This document shows, one piece after another, positions 11,620-24,696 of a stretch of 64,000 nucleotides of DNA; the first letter of the stretch is position 1; each line of letters begins with the position of its first letter. This stretch comes from Heterodontus francisci. Its lineage: Eukaryota. The notes under the pieces are model-generated. The model was given only the letters and a program-made list of their open reading frames with translations. It did no database searches and was not told the origin of the DNA. The translations under genes were made by a program, and so were the position numbers. The stretch lies in assembly GCF_036365525.1 (NCBI RefSeq), contig NW_027141112.1:3348001-3412000 (forward strand), read 5' to 3'.

Positions 11620-12230
11620 CCAATATTAAAGGTTTATCATGTCCGACAAACTTGGTTGCATTCTCTGATGAAGTAACAGAGGGTTGATGAAAGTTGGCTG
11701 ATTCTGCTGTGTAATTGGATTTTGAAATGGTGTTTGATAAGCAGCCATGTAATTGACGTGTTCGCAGTTGTGATATTTATGTTATGAAACAGACAGTTGC
11801 GACGTGAATTTGGAATTGCCTGAAAGGCACAAAAACAGAGACAAAGGGTGAATGGTTGTTTGTCAGACTGAAGGGAAGTATACAGTCATATTCCCTAGTG
11901 GTCTATATTAGGACCATTGGTCTTTTTGATATGCATCAAGTCGTGTAAATGGACATAGCTGACATCACTTCAATGTTTTCAGCTAACACAAAATTAGAAA
12001 ATATTGACAACATTGATGACGACAGCAGCATATTTAATGATAACGTGGACATGGTAAGATGGGCAGACAGCTTGATGTTAAAAACGTGCCACGCAGAAGT
12101 GTTGAGTGGGATATATTGGGAGGAAGAATTTCGACAAGCAAAATAAACTAAATGGTGCCATTTTAAGGGGTGCAGAAACAGAAATGTGCATGTTTACATA
12201 CACAAAATCATGACGACGACAGGAGAAGCT
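11620..12230 (+). mobile_element. Highly decayed CR1 RT fragment
   Basis: Residual LDF..FDK, GSILGPL and SMFSANTKL (FADDTKL) blocks. Confidence 0.65.
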
Positions 12231-12329
12231 TATCAAATTGATCATCGAGTGGAAGCGATTATTGCTATTTTATTTCCCTGGTTTATATATGCAGATTAAA
12301 AAAAAAAAATCTACAGATAACATTACACT

Positions 12330-14850
12330 ACAATGTGTATCCAATAGACCACCCAATAGATGGAAAGATATAGACGGGTAACTTGGCAGGGAAATTACAG
12401 AGAGTTGAAAAAAAGCTAGAAGTTGGTATCGAGGGGGATATTCTTTGTCCTAACATAGCCTGCCAGAGTAATAATGAAAAAGGCAAAGAGGGGAAGAGTT
12501 TCGGAAGTGTTTTCAGGCGAATGTTCGTAATTAGAATCACAGATTGTCAGCACACACTTTAGCAGAGCAAATAGCTCCCTTTGAAGGAGAGATGGATCGA
12601 GAAATGTCAAGTGATATTCAAACGAGGATAAAGGTGAGATGATGTGGAGGGTGGGGGGGGGACAAAAGATCCTGGATGACGAAACAGATACAGAATAAGA
12701 GTAAGCAGTAATCGGGTGGGTGTGACATTTATGTTGTTGAAAGGAGAAGTGAGAGACAGGCTGATCATGGAAAGTTTAGAGGGGAAATGTATAAGGAAAT
12801 CCGAGAGTCAAAGAGAAAGTATGTGAAGCAATTGGCATATAAATTATAAAAAGGTCAGTAAGAGGAGAGGTGCGGCTGAGTAAGGAACAGCAAGTGGATC
12901 GGATCATGCTGGCAGAGCACAGTACTCAGATAGTAAATGAACACTTTGCATCTGTCTTTACCGATGAAGAAGATGCTGCCACAGTCACAGTAAAAAAAAA
13001 AGCAGGGTAGGTGAGTCGGTGGATGGGCTAAACATTGAAAAAGGCAATATATTAGATTGGCTGACTGTACTTAAAGTGGTAGTCACCAGGACCGGAGGGA
13101 ATGTATCGATGATACTGTGGGAAGTAAGGGTGGAAATTGCACAGGCACTGGCAATAATCTTTCAATCCTCCTTCGATACAGATGTGGTGTCAGGAGATGC
13201 AGAATTGCAAATTTTGCACTGATTCCCCAAAAAAGGTGTAACAATAAACCCAACTACAGGCCGGTCAGGTTAATTTTGGTGTGGGAAAGCTTTTCGGAAA
13301 GACAAAGCCTGAAAAAAATAGCAGCCACTTGAACAGGGAACTATAGCACGGATTTGTAAACGGCAAATCGTGTTTAACTAACATGATTGGTTTGTTTCTG
13401 ATGAGCTGACAGCGCGGTTGATCAGAATAATGTGGTTGATGTTATGTACCTGGACCTCCAAAAGACGTTTTATAAAGTGCCAGCTAATAAGTTCGCCAGT
13501 GACGTTGCATTCCAGAGGATAAAATATATAGTGGAAGCATTGATAGCATGTTAGCTGAGTGGCAGAAAACGAAGTGTCAAGGTGAACCGCTGTGTTTCGG
13601 ACTGGAGGATGGTATACAGTTGCGATCCCCATAGGTCACTACGATGACCTCTGACTGTATTCAAAAATAATAATGACCCATACATGGGTGAGCAGCGCAC
13701 AATTTCAACATTTGCCCTTGCTCAAACACTCAGAAATATTGTGAACTGTGAAGACGATATTGATTTACTTTAGGAGGATAGAAATAGGCTGCTGGACTGG
13801 GCAGAAAGGCAGCAGAATCAATTTAATGCAGATTTGACACATTTTCTTACGAAGAACGCGGACATATAAAGTAAAGGGGCAATTCAACAGGGGGTTCAGG
13901 AGCACAGAGATCTGAGGTATATGTGGACAAATTGTTGAAGGTGGTACTGTCGGTTAAGAAAGTAATGACAGACGTATAAAATATCCTAGTCCTTACGAAT
14001 AGAGTCATAGTGTACAAAATCAAGGAAGCTTGGGTGAACCTTTGTAAGACACGGTCTGGGCTTCAACTGGAGCATTGTTTCTGGGCGCCACACTTCCAGA
14101 ATGTTGCGAAGAATTTATAGAGGATGTAAATGAAATACTGGAATCGTTAGAGGGATGGGGACTTCAATCTAAAGGTGGGCAAAGGAAATATGACCGAGCC
14201 CGAATGCCCGACTCGGAAGTCCGGCCCTACCCGTCCTGAGCCCGACACATGTCGCCGGGACCCGTCGGGATCCGGTCGGATAGCAGGCCTTTACCCCTGC
14301 ACTGATGTAAAGGCCTGCTACCCGATCCGACCCCGTCGGGATACGACGACACGTGTCGGGTTTGGGCCGGGTCAGACCGGGCTTCCCTCTCCAGCATTCG
14401 GACTGGGGTTGGGTTTCCTTTGCACACCTTTACTTCAATCACTTGGATAGATTGGAGAACTGTGGTGATTCACCTTAGAGTAGAGAAAGCTGAGAAGAAA
14501 TTTGATAGAGGTGTTGAAAAACATGAAGAACATAGACAGTGTAGCTGGAGAAAAACTGTTCCCATAGGTGGTTGAGTCGAGAACCAGAGGATACCGATAT
14601 GAGGTGAAGAGCAAAAGAACGAATGGCGACATAAAGAAAAGCTTTCTTTATGTAGCAAGTAGGAATGCGATGCCTGAGTGGGTGGTGGAGGCAGATCCAA
14701 TCAGAAGGGAACTGGAGAAGCAACTGAAGAGGGAAAAAAACAGAACTACCGAGAAAGGGTAGAGCAGGGGGACTAGCTGAGTCGGTTTTGAAGGGAAATA
14801 ACACGAACTCTATGGGTCGAATGGCCTCCTTATGTGCTGTTGTTATGTTA
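12330..14850 (+). mobile_element. Decayed CR1 ORF2 through 3' UTR, interrupted by a MITE
   Basis: YRPP/DG, NEHFASVF, NYRPVRL and QHGFVNGKSCLT motifs; 3' ORF 14568-14762; CR1 3' UTR. Confidence 0.8.
14170..14432. mobile_element. hAT-type fold-back MITE (263 bp)
   Basis: TIRs TAAAGGTGGGCAAAGGAAA / TTTCCTTTGCACACCTTTA; exact 8-bp TSD CTTCAATC (14162-14169, 14433-14440); internal CCCGAC/GTCGGG repeats. Confidence 0.9.
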
Positions 14851-14899
14851 TGAAGCCATAATCCGATGGTTGCCTCCCTTCAAAATAGAGGCAGACTGT

Positions 14900-15830
14900 A
14901 GAAACGCAAATATTGAGAAGTCACTGCTTCAGCATCAGCTGGACTGTTGTGTCACTTTCGTGGGACCAGACTATGGAAAGGACTTCATGGCCTGGAGGAC
15001 CGTGCAGATGATTGCGCTAGCACGTACGATCTGCACCTGATCTGCGTACGAGGACCAGAAAACCCGTTTCGTGCTCCTTATAGCTGAGAAGGATAAGGGA
15101 ATAAGAAATAGAACTGTTCAGAATAATGGGTGCTTTTGATTTTGAATGTACTTGACAGGGAAGACACAGAAGTTGCTTCCTCTGGATGTGGAATCTACAT
15201 CACGAGGGCACTGTCACAGGAAAAATGGCCTATCATTTAGGACTGAGATGAGGAGGAATTTCTTCACTCAAACATTTGTGCATTCTTGGAATTTTCTACC
15301 CCAGAAAGATGTGGCTGCTCCATCGTTGAATATATTTATGGCTGGGATAGACAAATTTTTGATCTCTCAGGGAAACAATGGACAACAGGAGCGAGGGGAA
15401 AGTGAAGGAGAATCGAGGATCAGCCATGATCATATTGAATGGTGCAGCAGTCTCCAGGCGTCAGATGGTATGTTTCTGTTCCTTTTCCTAATGTTCTTAT
15501 TTTCTTTTGACTGTAGAAATAGGAAGACACTATTTCCAATGGCCCAATATCAGTAACCAGAGGACACTGATTTGTGATGCTTGCAAACGAGAAGGGAGAT
15601 TGCACGGAAACGAGTAGAAAATTTTATGTGAGCTAGTAACATTTGGAATGTCCTGGGTGGAAGGGAAGTAGAAGCAGATTCAATGGTAACTTAGAAAAAG
15701 GAACTGGATGCACACATGACAGGGCTATGGTGAAAGTGAAAGAGAGTCGGACGAATTGGACATCTCTTGCAAAGAGCTAATACAGTTACATTAGCCAAAT
15801 GGCCATTTTCTCTGACATTCCATTTTTGGA
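14900..15830 (+). mobile_element. Two consecutive CR1 3' fragments
   Basis: ORF 15146-15556 contains FRTEMRRNFFTQ..WNFLP. A second 3' end begins near 15520. Confidence 0.75.
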
Positions 15831-15904
15831 GTCAAACATAACCCACTGACGTGTGGGTTTGTATTTTGAGGAGAAGATGCGAGACACTGACCCTCCACTT
15901 CAAC

Positions 15905-16095
15905 TATAATGTGTATTTATAAAGTGATTTAAAGTAATAACACAGCCCGAGTCGCTTCACAGGGAGATTATAAAACAACGTTTGACAGCAAGACACAAAG
16001 AGAGATAGGGAGATATTAGGGCAGGAGAAAAAATCTTGGCAAAAACAGTAGGTTATAAGGAGTGTCTTAAAGAATGAAAACGAGGTAGACAGAAT
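15905..16095 (-). mobile_element. L2-type 3' tail fragment
   Basis: Similar to the tail at 26700-26850 (TATAGCGCCTTT...CTTCACAGG). Confidence 0.5.
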
Positions 16096-16127
16096 TACAT
16101 TATTTGGTTCCTGACAGTTCCTTTTGT

Positions 16128-19100
16128 GAAGGGGATTCGATTGTTAGGGGAGTAGATAGGCGGTTCTGTGGTCGAAATCCAGACTCCCGAATGGTATGTT
16201 GCCTCCCAGGTGCACGGGTCAGGGATGTCTCAGATCGGCTGCAGAACATTCTGAAGGGGGAGGGTGAACAGCCAGTTGTCGTTGTGCACATAGGCACCAA
16301 TGATATAGGTAAAAACCGGGATGAGGTCCAACAAGCAGAATTTAGGGAGTTAGGAGCCAAGTTAAAAAGTAGGACCTCAGAGGTAGTAATCTCAGGATTG
16401 CTACCAGTGCCACGTGATAGTCAGAGTAGAAATGAAAGAATAGTCAGGATTAGTGCGTGGCTTGAGAGATGGTGCAGGAGGGAGGGTTCAGGTTTGTGGG
16501 ACATTGGGACCGTTTCTGGGGGAGGTGGGACTATTACAAATTGGACAGTCTACACCTGGGCCGGACTGGAACCAATGTCCTTGGGGGTGCTTTTGCTAAC
16601 GCTGTTGGGGAGGGTTTAAACGAATGTGGCAGGGGGATGGGAACCAAATGAGGAGGTCAGTGGACAGTAAGGAGGTAGTAACTAAAGCTTGTAAGGAACT
16701 AGATAATGAAGTCAGCGTGACTAAGGGAGGCAGGGAGCAGATAATGAATGCAAAGGGACTGGTGGTGTGAGGTGCATTTGTTTTAATGCAAGAAGTGTAG
16801 TAGGTAAGGCAGATGAACTTAGGGCTTGGATTAGTACCTGGGAGTATGATGCTATTGCTATTACTGAGACTTGGTTGAGGGAAGGGCATGATTGGCAACT
16901 AAATATCCCAGGATATCGATGCTTCAGGCGGGATAGAGAGGGAGGTAAAAGGGGTGGAGGAGTTGCATTACTGGTCAAAGAGGATATCACAGCTGTGCTG
17001 AAGGAGGGCACTATGGAGGACTCGAACAGTGAGGCAAAATGGGCAGAAATCAGAAATAGGAAGGGTACGGTAACAATGTTGGGGCTGTACTACAGGCCTC
17101 CCAACAGCGAGCGTGAGATTGAGGTACAAATATGTAAACAGACTATGGAAAGATGTAGGAGCAACAGGGTGGTGGTGATAGGAGATTTTACTTTTCCCAA
17201 CATTGACTGGGATTCACTTAGTGTTAAAGGTCTAGATGGAGCAGAATTTGTAAGGAGCATCCAGGAGGGTTTTCTAGAGCAGTATGTAAATAGTCCAACT
17301 GGGGAAGGGGCCATACTGGACCTGGTGTTGGGGAATGAGCCCGGTCAGGTGTTTGAAGTTTCAGTCGGGGACTACTTTGGGAATAGTGATCACAATTGCG
17401 TAAGTTTTAGAATACTCATGGACAAAGATGAGAGTGGTCCTAAAGGAAGAGTGCGAAATTGGGGGAAGGCCAACTATACCAAAATTCGGCAGGAACTGTG
17501 GAATGTAGATTGGGAGCAGCTGTTTGAAGGTAAATCCACATTTGATATGTGGGAGTCTTTTAAAGAAATGTTGATTAGCGTGCAGGAGAGACATGATCCT
17601 GTGAAAATGAGGGATAGAAATGGCAAGATTAGGGAACCATGGATGACTGGTGAAATTGTGAGACTAGCTAAGAGGAAAAAGGAAGCATACATAAGATCTA
17701 GGCGGCTGAAGAAAGACGAAGCTTTGAAAGAATATCGGGAATGTAGGACCAATCTGAAACGATGAATTAAGAGGGCTAAAAGGGGCCATGAAATAGCTTT
17801 AGCAAACAGGGTTAAGGAAAATCCCAAAGCGTTTTATTCATATATAAGGAGCAAGAGGGTAACTAGTGAAAGGATTGGCCCACTCAAGGACAAAGGAGGA
17901 AAGTTATGCGTGGAGTCAGAGAAAATGGGTGAGATTCTAAACGAGTACTTTGCATCGGTATTCACCGAGGAGAGGGACGTGACGGATGTTGAGGTTAGGG
18001 ACGGATGTTTGATTACTCTCGGTCAAGTTGGCATAAGGAGGGAGGAGGTGTTGGGTATTCTAAAAGGTATTAAGGTGGACAAGTCGCCAGGTCCGGATGG
18101 GATCTATCCCAGGTTACTGAGGGAAGCGAGAGAGGAAATAGCTGGGGCCTCAACAGATATCTTTGCAGCATCCTGAAACACAGGTGAGATCCCGGAGGAC
18201 TGGAGAATTGCTAATGTTGTCCCCTTGTTTAAGAAGGGTAGCAGGGAAAATCCAGGTAATTATAGACCTGTGAGCCTGACGTCAGTGGTAGGGAAGCTGC
18301 TGGAGAAGATACTGAGGGATAGGATCTATTCCAATTTGGAAGAAAATGGGCTTATCAGTGATAGGCAACATGGTTTTGTGCAGGGAAGGTCATGTCTTAC
18401 CAACTTAATATAATTCTTTGAGGAAGTGACAAAGTTGATTGATGAGGGAAGGCCTGTAGATGTCATATACATGGACTTCAGTAAGGCGTTTGATAAGGTT
18501 TCCCTTGGTAGGTTGATGGAGAAAGTGAAGTCGCATGGGGTCCAGGGTGTACTAGCTAGATGGATAAAGAACTGGCTGGGCAACAGGAGACAGAGAGTAG
18601 CAGTGGAAGGGAGTTTCTGAAAATGGAGACGTGTGACCAGTGGTGTTCCACAGGGATCCGTGCTGGGACCACTGTTGTTTGTGATATACATAAATGATTT
18701 GGAGGAAAGTATAGGTGGTCTGATTAGCAAGTTTGCAGACGACACTAAGATTGGTGGAGTCGCAGATAGTGAAGGGGACTGTCAGAGAATACAGCAGAAT
18801 GTCGATAGATTGGAGATTTGGGCAGATAAATGGCAGATGGAGTTCAATCAGGGCAAATGCGAGGTGATGCATTTTGGAAGATCCAATTCAAGAGTGAACT
18901 ATACAGTAAATGGAAAAGTCCTGAGCAAAATTGATGTGCAGAGAGATTTGGGTGTTCAGGTCCATTGCTCCCTGAAGGTGGCAACGCAGGTCAATAGAGT
19001 GGTCAAGAAGGCATAGGCATGCTTTCCTTCATCGGACGGGGTATTGAGTACAAGGGTTGGCAGGTGTATAAGACTTTGGTTCGGCCACATTTGGAGTACT

Positions 19101-19644
19101 GCGTGCAGTTCTGGTCGCCACATTTCCAAAAGGATGTAGATGCTTTGGAGAGGGTGCAAAGGAGGTTCACCAGGATGTTGCCTGGTATGCAGGGCGCTAG
19201 CTATGAAGAGAGGTTGAGTAGATTAGGATTATTTTCATTAGAAAGACGGAGGTTGAGGAGGGACCTGATTGAGGTGTACAAAATCATGAGCGTTTTAGAC
19301 AGGGTGGATAGCAAGAAGCTTTTTCCCAGAGTGGGGGATTCAATTACTAGGGGTCTCGAGTTCAAAGTGAGAGGGGAAATGTTTAGGGCGGATATGCGTG
19401 GAAAGTTCTTTACGCAGAGGGTGGTGGGTGCCTGGAACGCGTTGCCAGTGGAGGTGGTAGACGCGGGCACGATAGCGTCTTTTAAGATGTATCTAGACAG
19501 ATACATGAATGGGCAGGAAGAAAAGAGATACAGACCCTTAGAAAATAGGCGACATATTTAGATAGAGGATCTGGATCGGCGCAGGCTTGGAGGGCCGAAG
19601 GGCCTGTTCCTGTGCTGTAATTTTCTTTCTTCTTTGTTCTTTGT
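16128..19644 (+). mobile_element. CR1 LINE, long 5'-truncated copy, disabled
   Basis: ORF1 esterase (GDSIVRG, HIGTNDIG, DSLHLG), APE (FNARS, ITETWL, SDH), RT (QHGF, GVPQGSVLGPLLF, FADDTK) and (TCTTTGT)n tail. Multiple nonsense codons. Confidence 0.95.
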
Positions 19645-19682
19645 ACACATTCAGCCAATCCTCTGATCCACTCAAGGTATTG

Positions 19683-19860
19683 TAAAATAAAGCAGAGAAT
19701 AATGGAAAGATTCAGAAAGTCAGGCAGCATCTGTGAAGATAGAAACAAAGTTTATACTCCAGGCCGTTGGTATTTCATTCGCATTGACATGAGTTAGAGC
19801 AGTAAAGTTTTCTCAGCAAATACAGAACCAGGAGAAGGAGGTGGGGGAGTTGGAAATAAT
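19683..19860 (-). mobile_element. Penelope-like element terminal fragment
   Basis: AGTCAGGCAGCATCTGTGAAGATAGAAACA motif, repeated at about 25520. Family assignment from recalled shark repeats. Confidence 0.5.
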
Positions 19861-20149
19861 TATTGCAACGTTCATGCGGAGAACGTCTGTACCTCTGCAA
19901 AACCTCCCAAAGACAATGTTATCGAGATGGAAGCAAATTCTTTGATGGTGAAACTGATATGGAGTCCTGGTCCTGTGGGATCGGAGAATGGACCGAAGTG
20001 GCAGAAGCAGCTGATGAGATCAGAAAAAAAAAAGATATATCCCAGTGAGAAAGAACAATTATTTGGCAGGCTGCATGACTTTTGGCTAATTAAATAAGTT
20101 AAGGATATGCCAAATTGAAACAAACACTGTACAAATCTTCAAAGACTGG

Positions 20150-21942
20150 TGGGAGCTCATCAGATTGGACAGATTTTAAGAATCATCAAAGAATAACAAA
20201 ATAAATTGAGAGAAAGTACATGTGAGAGAAACATGACTGGCAATGTAACAACAAATAGAATGAGTCTCTACAAGTATTTAAATGGTTAAAAAAGAGTAAC
20301 TGCAGCTTGCGTTGGTCATGCAGACGGTGAGTCTGGGGAATGGACAATGGAAACCATGAAATGGCGGATGCGTTCAACAGGTATTTTATGTCTGCTTTCA
20401 GTGGAGAAGACTTGGAAACACACCAAATATTCTTCAAAGACAAGAGGACAAAGGGAGTGCAGAGCATAGAACAATCACCATCACGAGGGAAAAGCTTCTG
20501 GGAAATTTATTAGGCCTAAAGGTTGACAAGTCCCCAGGACCAGATGGCCTGCCTACTGTTGTCTTAAAATAATTCAATGCAGAAATAGTCAAGGCCTCGT
20601 TTATAATCTACCAAAATTCATGACATATTTGAAGGATACCAGCGCACTGAAAAATAGCAAATGCAGCTCCTTCGTTCAATTCAGGATAGAGACGGAAAGC
20701 AGGAAACGAGAGGCCAGTTAGAATAACATCTGTCATAGAGAAGTTACTAGGATCCATTAGTAAAAAGGTTACAGCAGATACGTAGAAAATCATAATGAGA
20801 TTAAACATTGCCGACAGGGTTTTGTGAAAGGGAAATCGTGTTTACCTAATTTGTTGGAATTCTTCTAGGGAGGAACCAGCAAGACGTATCAAGGGAAACC
20901 TGTAGATATGATGTGTTTGGATTTCCAAAATGCATTTCAGAAGGTGTCTTATCAAATATCACACAATATAGGAGTAGCTGGTGTAGGTGGTAAGATACTG
21001 GCCTCGATAAAGGACTAGTTAGCTAACAGGAAGCAGAGAGAATGGATACACTGATTTTCTTCCGGGTTGACAAGCTGCTACTACTGGTCTGCCCAGAGTG
21101 ATCAGTGCTGTGCCCTCAACCATTTGCAATCGATATCAAAGACTTGGATTAAGGGATCAAATGCATGGTTGCGACATTTGCCGATGGCGTCAAGATAGGA
21201 ATGAAAGTACGTTGCAAAGAGAAGTATAGATTGGTAGAAAGAGTGGGGAAATGTTTGACAGGTGGAGTTTAATGTTGGAAAATGTGAACTTGTTCATTGG
21301 CAGGAAGAATTGAAAACCTATGTACTGTTTAAATGGAGAGAGATTTCAGAACTCGGGAGTACAGAAAGATCTGTGTGTCTTGGTGCATGAATGACCAAAG
21401 GTTAGTATTCAGGTGCAGCTTTTGATTAAGAAAGCAAATGGAAAGTTGGCGTTAATTGCAAGGGGAAGCGAATATAAAAGTATGTATGTATTACTGCAGC
21501 TATACACAACCTTGGTGAGACTGCATTCAAAGTATTGTGCACAGTTTTGGTCTCCTTATTTGAAAAATGTTTTAATTGCGTTATACGCAGTTCAGATAAG
21601 GCTCACTCGACTAATTCCTGGGATGATGGGCTTATCTTTTGAATAAAGTTTGAACAGTTTGGGCCGAGACCCATTAGAGTTTCAAAGAATAAGAAGTGAT
21701 CTGATTGAAATAAATATGATCCTGAGGGGGCTTGATAGTGTGGATACCGGGAGAATGTTTCCTTTTGTGGTGGATACGAGAGCTAGGGGATGCATCTTAC
21801 AGTTCAAGAACAAGAGGCCTCCCTTTTAAAACGGATTCGAGGAGAATTTGTTCTCAAAGTTTCCTTCGTCTGTAGAAATTTCCTCCCAGAATGCAATGCG
21901 GGCTGTACCATTGAATTTATTCAAGGCTGAGTTAGATAGAGA
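20150..21942 (+). mobile_element. Decayed CR1 ORF2
   Basis: DKSPGPDG, GFVKGKSCLPNLLEFF, FADGVKIG and YCAQFWSPY motifs. Confidence 0.88.
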
Positions 21943-21944
21943 TG

Positions 21945-22570
21945 ACGAGCTTGAAACAAGGCGAGATGCTCAAGGCAGGAGACGATTCTAGGAGCAGATG
22001 GTCAAACCAAGGTGAGATTTGCTGATCAGGTGCCACACTTCCGCTTTAGCATTCTAGGCGGGATAGTTAGCAAGTAGGTATAGCCAGTCAATGTCAAGGG
22101 GAAATGTATCATTACACATGTGCCAAGCTTTTAGTCAAGATATTGATGACGATGCAATCATCCAAAATCAACGTGTAGATGAATAGAACCTTGTTAACAA
22201 TTGCGAGGACATTTTGGAGGATTGAGCAGAGATGGACGATGATAGTCGACCCACTGACAGAGTCCACATCGCAAACTTTAGAGGGTTTAGTGGGATACAT
22301 TGAGGTAAGTAAGATTATCCACCGGGGGTAAGTCGGTGAATGAGTGGAAAACCGGTTTGGGATGTCAAGAGAATCAGAGAGGGACCTGTCAGCGTATCTA
22401 AAAGAGGGGCAAGGTTGGAATGGCTGCAAGGGAATGGGAAGATCAGGGAGTGGTGAAGGTTTGGAGTTGTGATTTGGGAGGGCAGAATACCAGAGAGCAG
22501 AGGAATAAAATGAGGCATATGACAGGTGAAATGGGCAGCGGAGGGTGAAAAGTAAAGAAGAAAGGGGGGA
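21945..22570 (-). mobile_element. L2 LINE fragment (start of APE domain)
   Basis: ORF 22112-22759 ends LQNVLAIVNKVLFIYTLILDDCIVINILTKSL, a decayed form of LQNVRSL.NK..I..LI.DD.ID..ALTETWL. Confidence 0.65.
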
Positions 22571-22594
22571 AATAGAAGCAACACACTCTATTGC

Positions 22595-22820
22595 AGAACG
22601 GGAAACTCTGTGTTTGCATGGCGGGCAGGCGTTATTAAAAGATAAAGGGGATGGTGGTGCAAACAACATGTATGGTAATGGGACATGTACAAAAGCAAAT
22701 GGTGAGTCCAGTGAAGATATAAATGGCAAGAACAGAACCATTACCAGCGCAATTTCCAAACAAATGGGACCGGTGGTTCGGATCCAAAGTTGTTAAATTC
22801 GGTATTTAGGTCGAAGTTAT
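22595..22820 (-). mobile_element. Penelope-like element fragment (endonuclease C-terminus and 3' region)
   Basis: Minus strand near 22790-22810 reads LNTEFNNF, like the GLNIEFNNF end of Penelope GIY-YIG ORFs. Confidence 0.55.
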
Positions 22821-23265
22821 TAAATTAACCTCATGACAGTGCTTGGTACTCCTGTGATATCTTCTATCTCACTGGTCCAGATTCCTGCCACAGAACCTTT
22901 GAATAAAGGTTGATGTTCTGAGAGTCTGTGAAATTGCTAATACATCTGGTTTAGCTAAGAAACTTTGCTCAGTATGTTTCTCCCGACTTACAGATGAGAA
23001 TAAACTTTCACAATTTGAAAATTCTTGAATATCCTTCATCCCATCTTCTGTGCTTATGACTTTCGAAAGAAAAACCCTTTTGAAAAAAAAACATGGACCT
23101 TTCAGAAGCTGTGCAAATGCACGTGGTTCCTTACAATTTACAGCACGGAAACAGGCCGTTCAGCCCATTTCGGCCGTGTTAATGAGCATGCCAAATGTGA
23201 GCCTCATCACATCACTCTTTGTCTAACAGCATCAACATATTCTTCCATTGTTTTCTCCACCATGT

Positions 23266-24278
23266 TGTTACGACTGAGGCTGGACGAGTTCATTGTCTTT
23301 CTCTAGTTCCACTCCTCCACGGGTCACAAAATGTATTTAAGCGTTTATCCAGTTACCGATACAACCAATTATATACTCTTCTTTTATTTAAGAATAAAAT
23401 CCACCAACCAGGTTTCTTTAATAAAGAACAAAATTGTTAATTTATTATAAAACACGACTTAGTCGGTCAAGATGAAAACACTGATTAACACACTGATAGA
23501 AATATGAAAGTNNNNNNNNNNNNNNNNNNNNNNNNNNNNNNNNNNNNNNNNNNNNNNNNNNNNNNNNNNNNNNNNNNNNNNNNNNNNNNNNNNNNNNNNN
23601 NNNNNNNNNNNNNNNNNNNNNNNNNNNNNNNNNNNNNNNNNNNNNNNNNNNNNNNNNNNNNNNNNNNNNNNNNNNNNNGAAAAATAAAGATGTTCTCTCT
23701 GCAGAGATCTCTTTACAATAAAGGCAACAAAATGCTTTGGCCAAATACTTGTTAAATGTCGAAGGAATATGAGAAGATGTGAAATGATAGCAGTTGTCCG
23801 TTTTACTGGCGTCCCACAAATGTGTTGACGGCTGTCACTGGGATGTTTCGCAGCATTTCCCTTCAGGCGACGTGGAAGATTAATTTGGAATGCCTTCCAG
23901 AAGAAATTCAGCATCAGGAGTTTCAGTTATCACACTGGGTTCTCAGGGTTTCTCGGAGAACTGTAGAAAAGATCAGATGGCATTCTTTCTTTTGGCAGGC
24001 TGACTTGCAACTGACTCACAAAAATATCCACAGCCCAACTGAAAGGCAAAACTTCCTGACCACCATAAATCTTCACATGTCATTTCTCTGAGAACAACTC
24101 CTCCAGTCATCAAGTCTCTTGCTGTTTCTTTAGCTTAAGGATTGTGACATCCAGTAAAGGTTAGGTTTTACACAAAAACTCAAAACCTTCAAATGAACAT
24201 TCTTTTGAAAAAAAGTTCAACATCTGTTTCAATCTCTCCACTCATTCACAACATTTTAAATAAAGTACTTTCATAGCA
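23266..24278. mobile_element. Solo LTR (Gypsy-like)
   Basis: TG...CA ends (TGTTACG / CATAGCA) and 4-bp TSD ATGT at 23262-23265 and 24279-24282. About 1 kb including an assembly gap. Confidence 0.75.
23512..23678. other. Assembly gap (167 N)
   Basis: Run of N. Confidence 1.
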
Positions 24279-24696
24279 ATGTGATAATCTACTTTTCCTC
24301 TTAAATACATCCCTGCACTCTTCTCCTGGAATTTCAAATTATAAAGTGCTGTCAATAATTTCAGCGCCCAATTACAAACACTTGGGGGCCATTCACACAG
24401 TACACAGTTCTAAGTAGAGATTTTTGAAAATGACGATCGAAGTCATTGTCTGTACATGTAACCAATGTCCATATGTTTGTTTAATAAGGTTGTCTATGCA
24501 GCTCAGTGGCAACGTGCAGGGAACTTCTTGTTTTTGAAAATATTCTAAAGCAATTTTAAAGTGTTTTGCAATTGCCCTGAAGATAGGTTTAGTTGGATAA
24601 TGGAGCCTTGGGGAGAATAGATGATTAATTTTGTTTGTTTAACTGAATGTAACTAATGTGGTGCACTTCACGCTAATTATCCCAGTCACCATCACC

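Larger units (their letters stand above)
23130..24320 (-). mobile_element. CR1 3' fragment split by the solo LTR
   Basis: TTACAGCACGGAAACAGGCCGTTCAGCCC at about 23138; resumes after 24282 with TTTCCTCTTAAATACATC. Confidence 0.55.

Noticed and set aside
16104-19561. Active autonomous CR1 or programmed readthrough
   Set aside because: Multiple scattered nonsense codons and indels indicate neutral decay.
23445-23914. ORFs spanning the N run
   Set aside because: Artefacts of the assembly gap.
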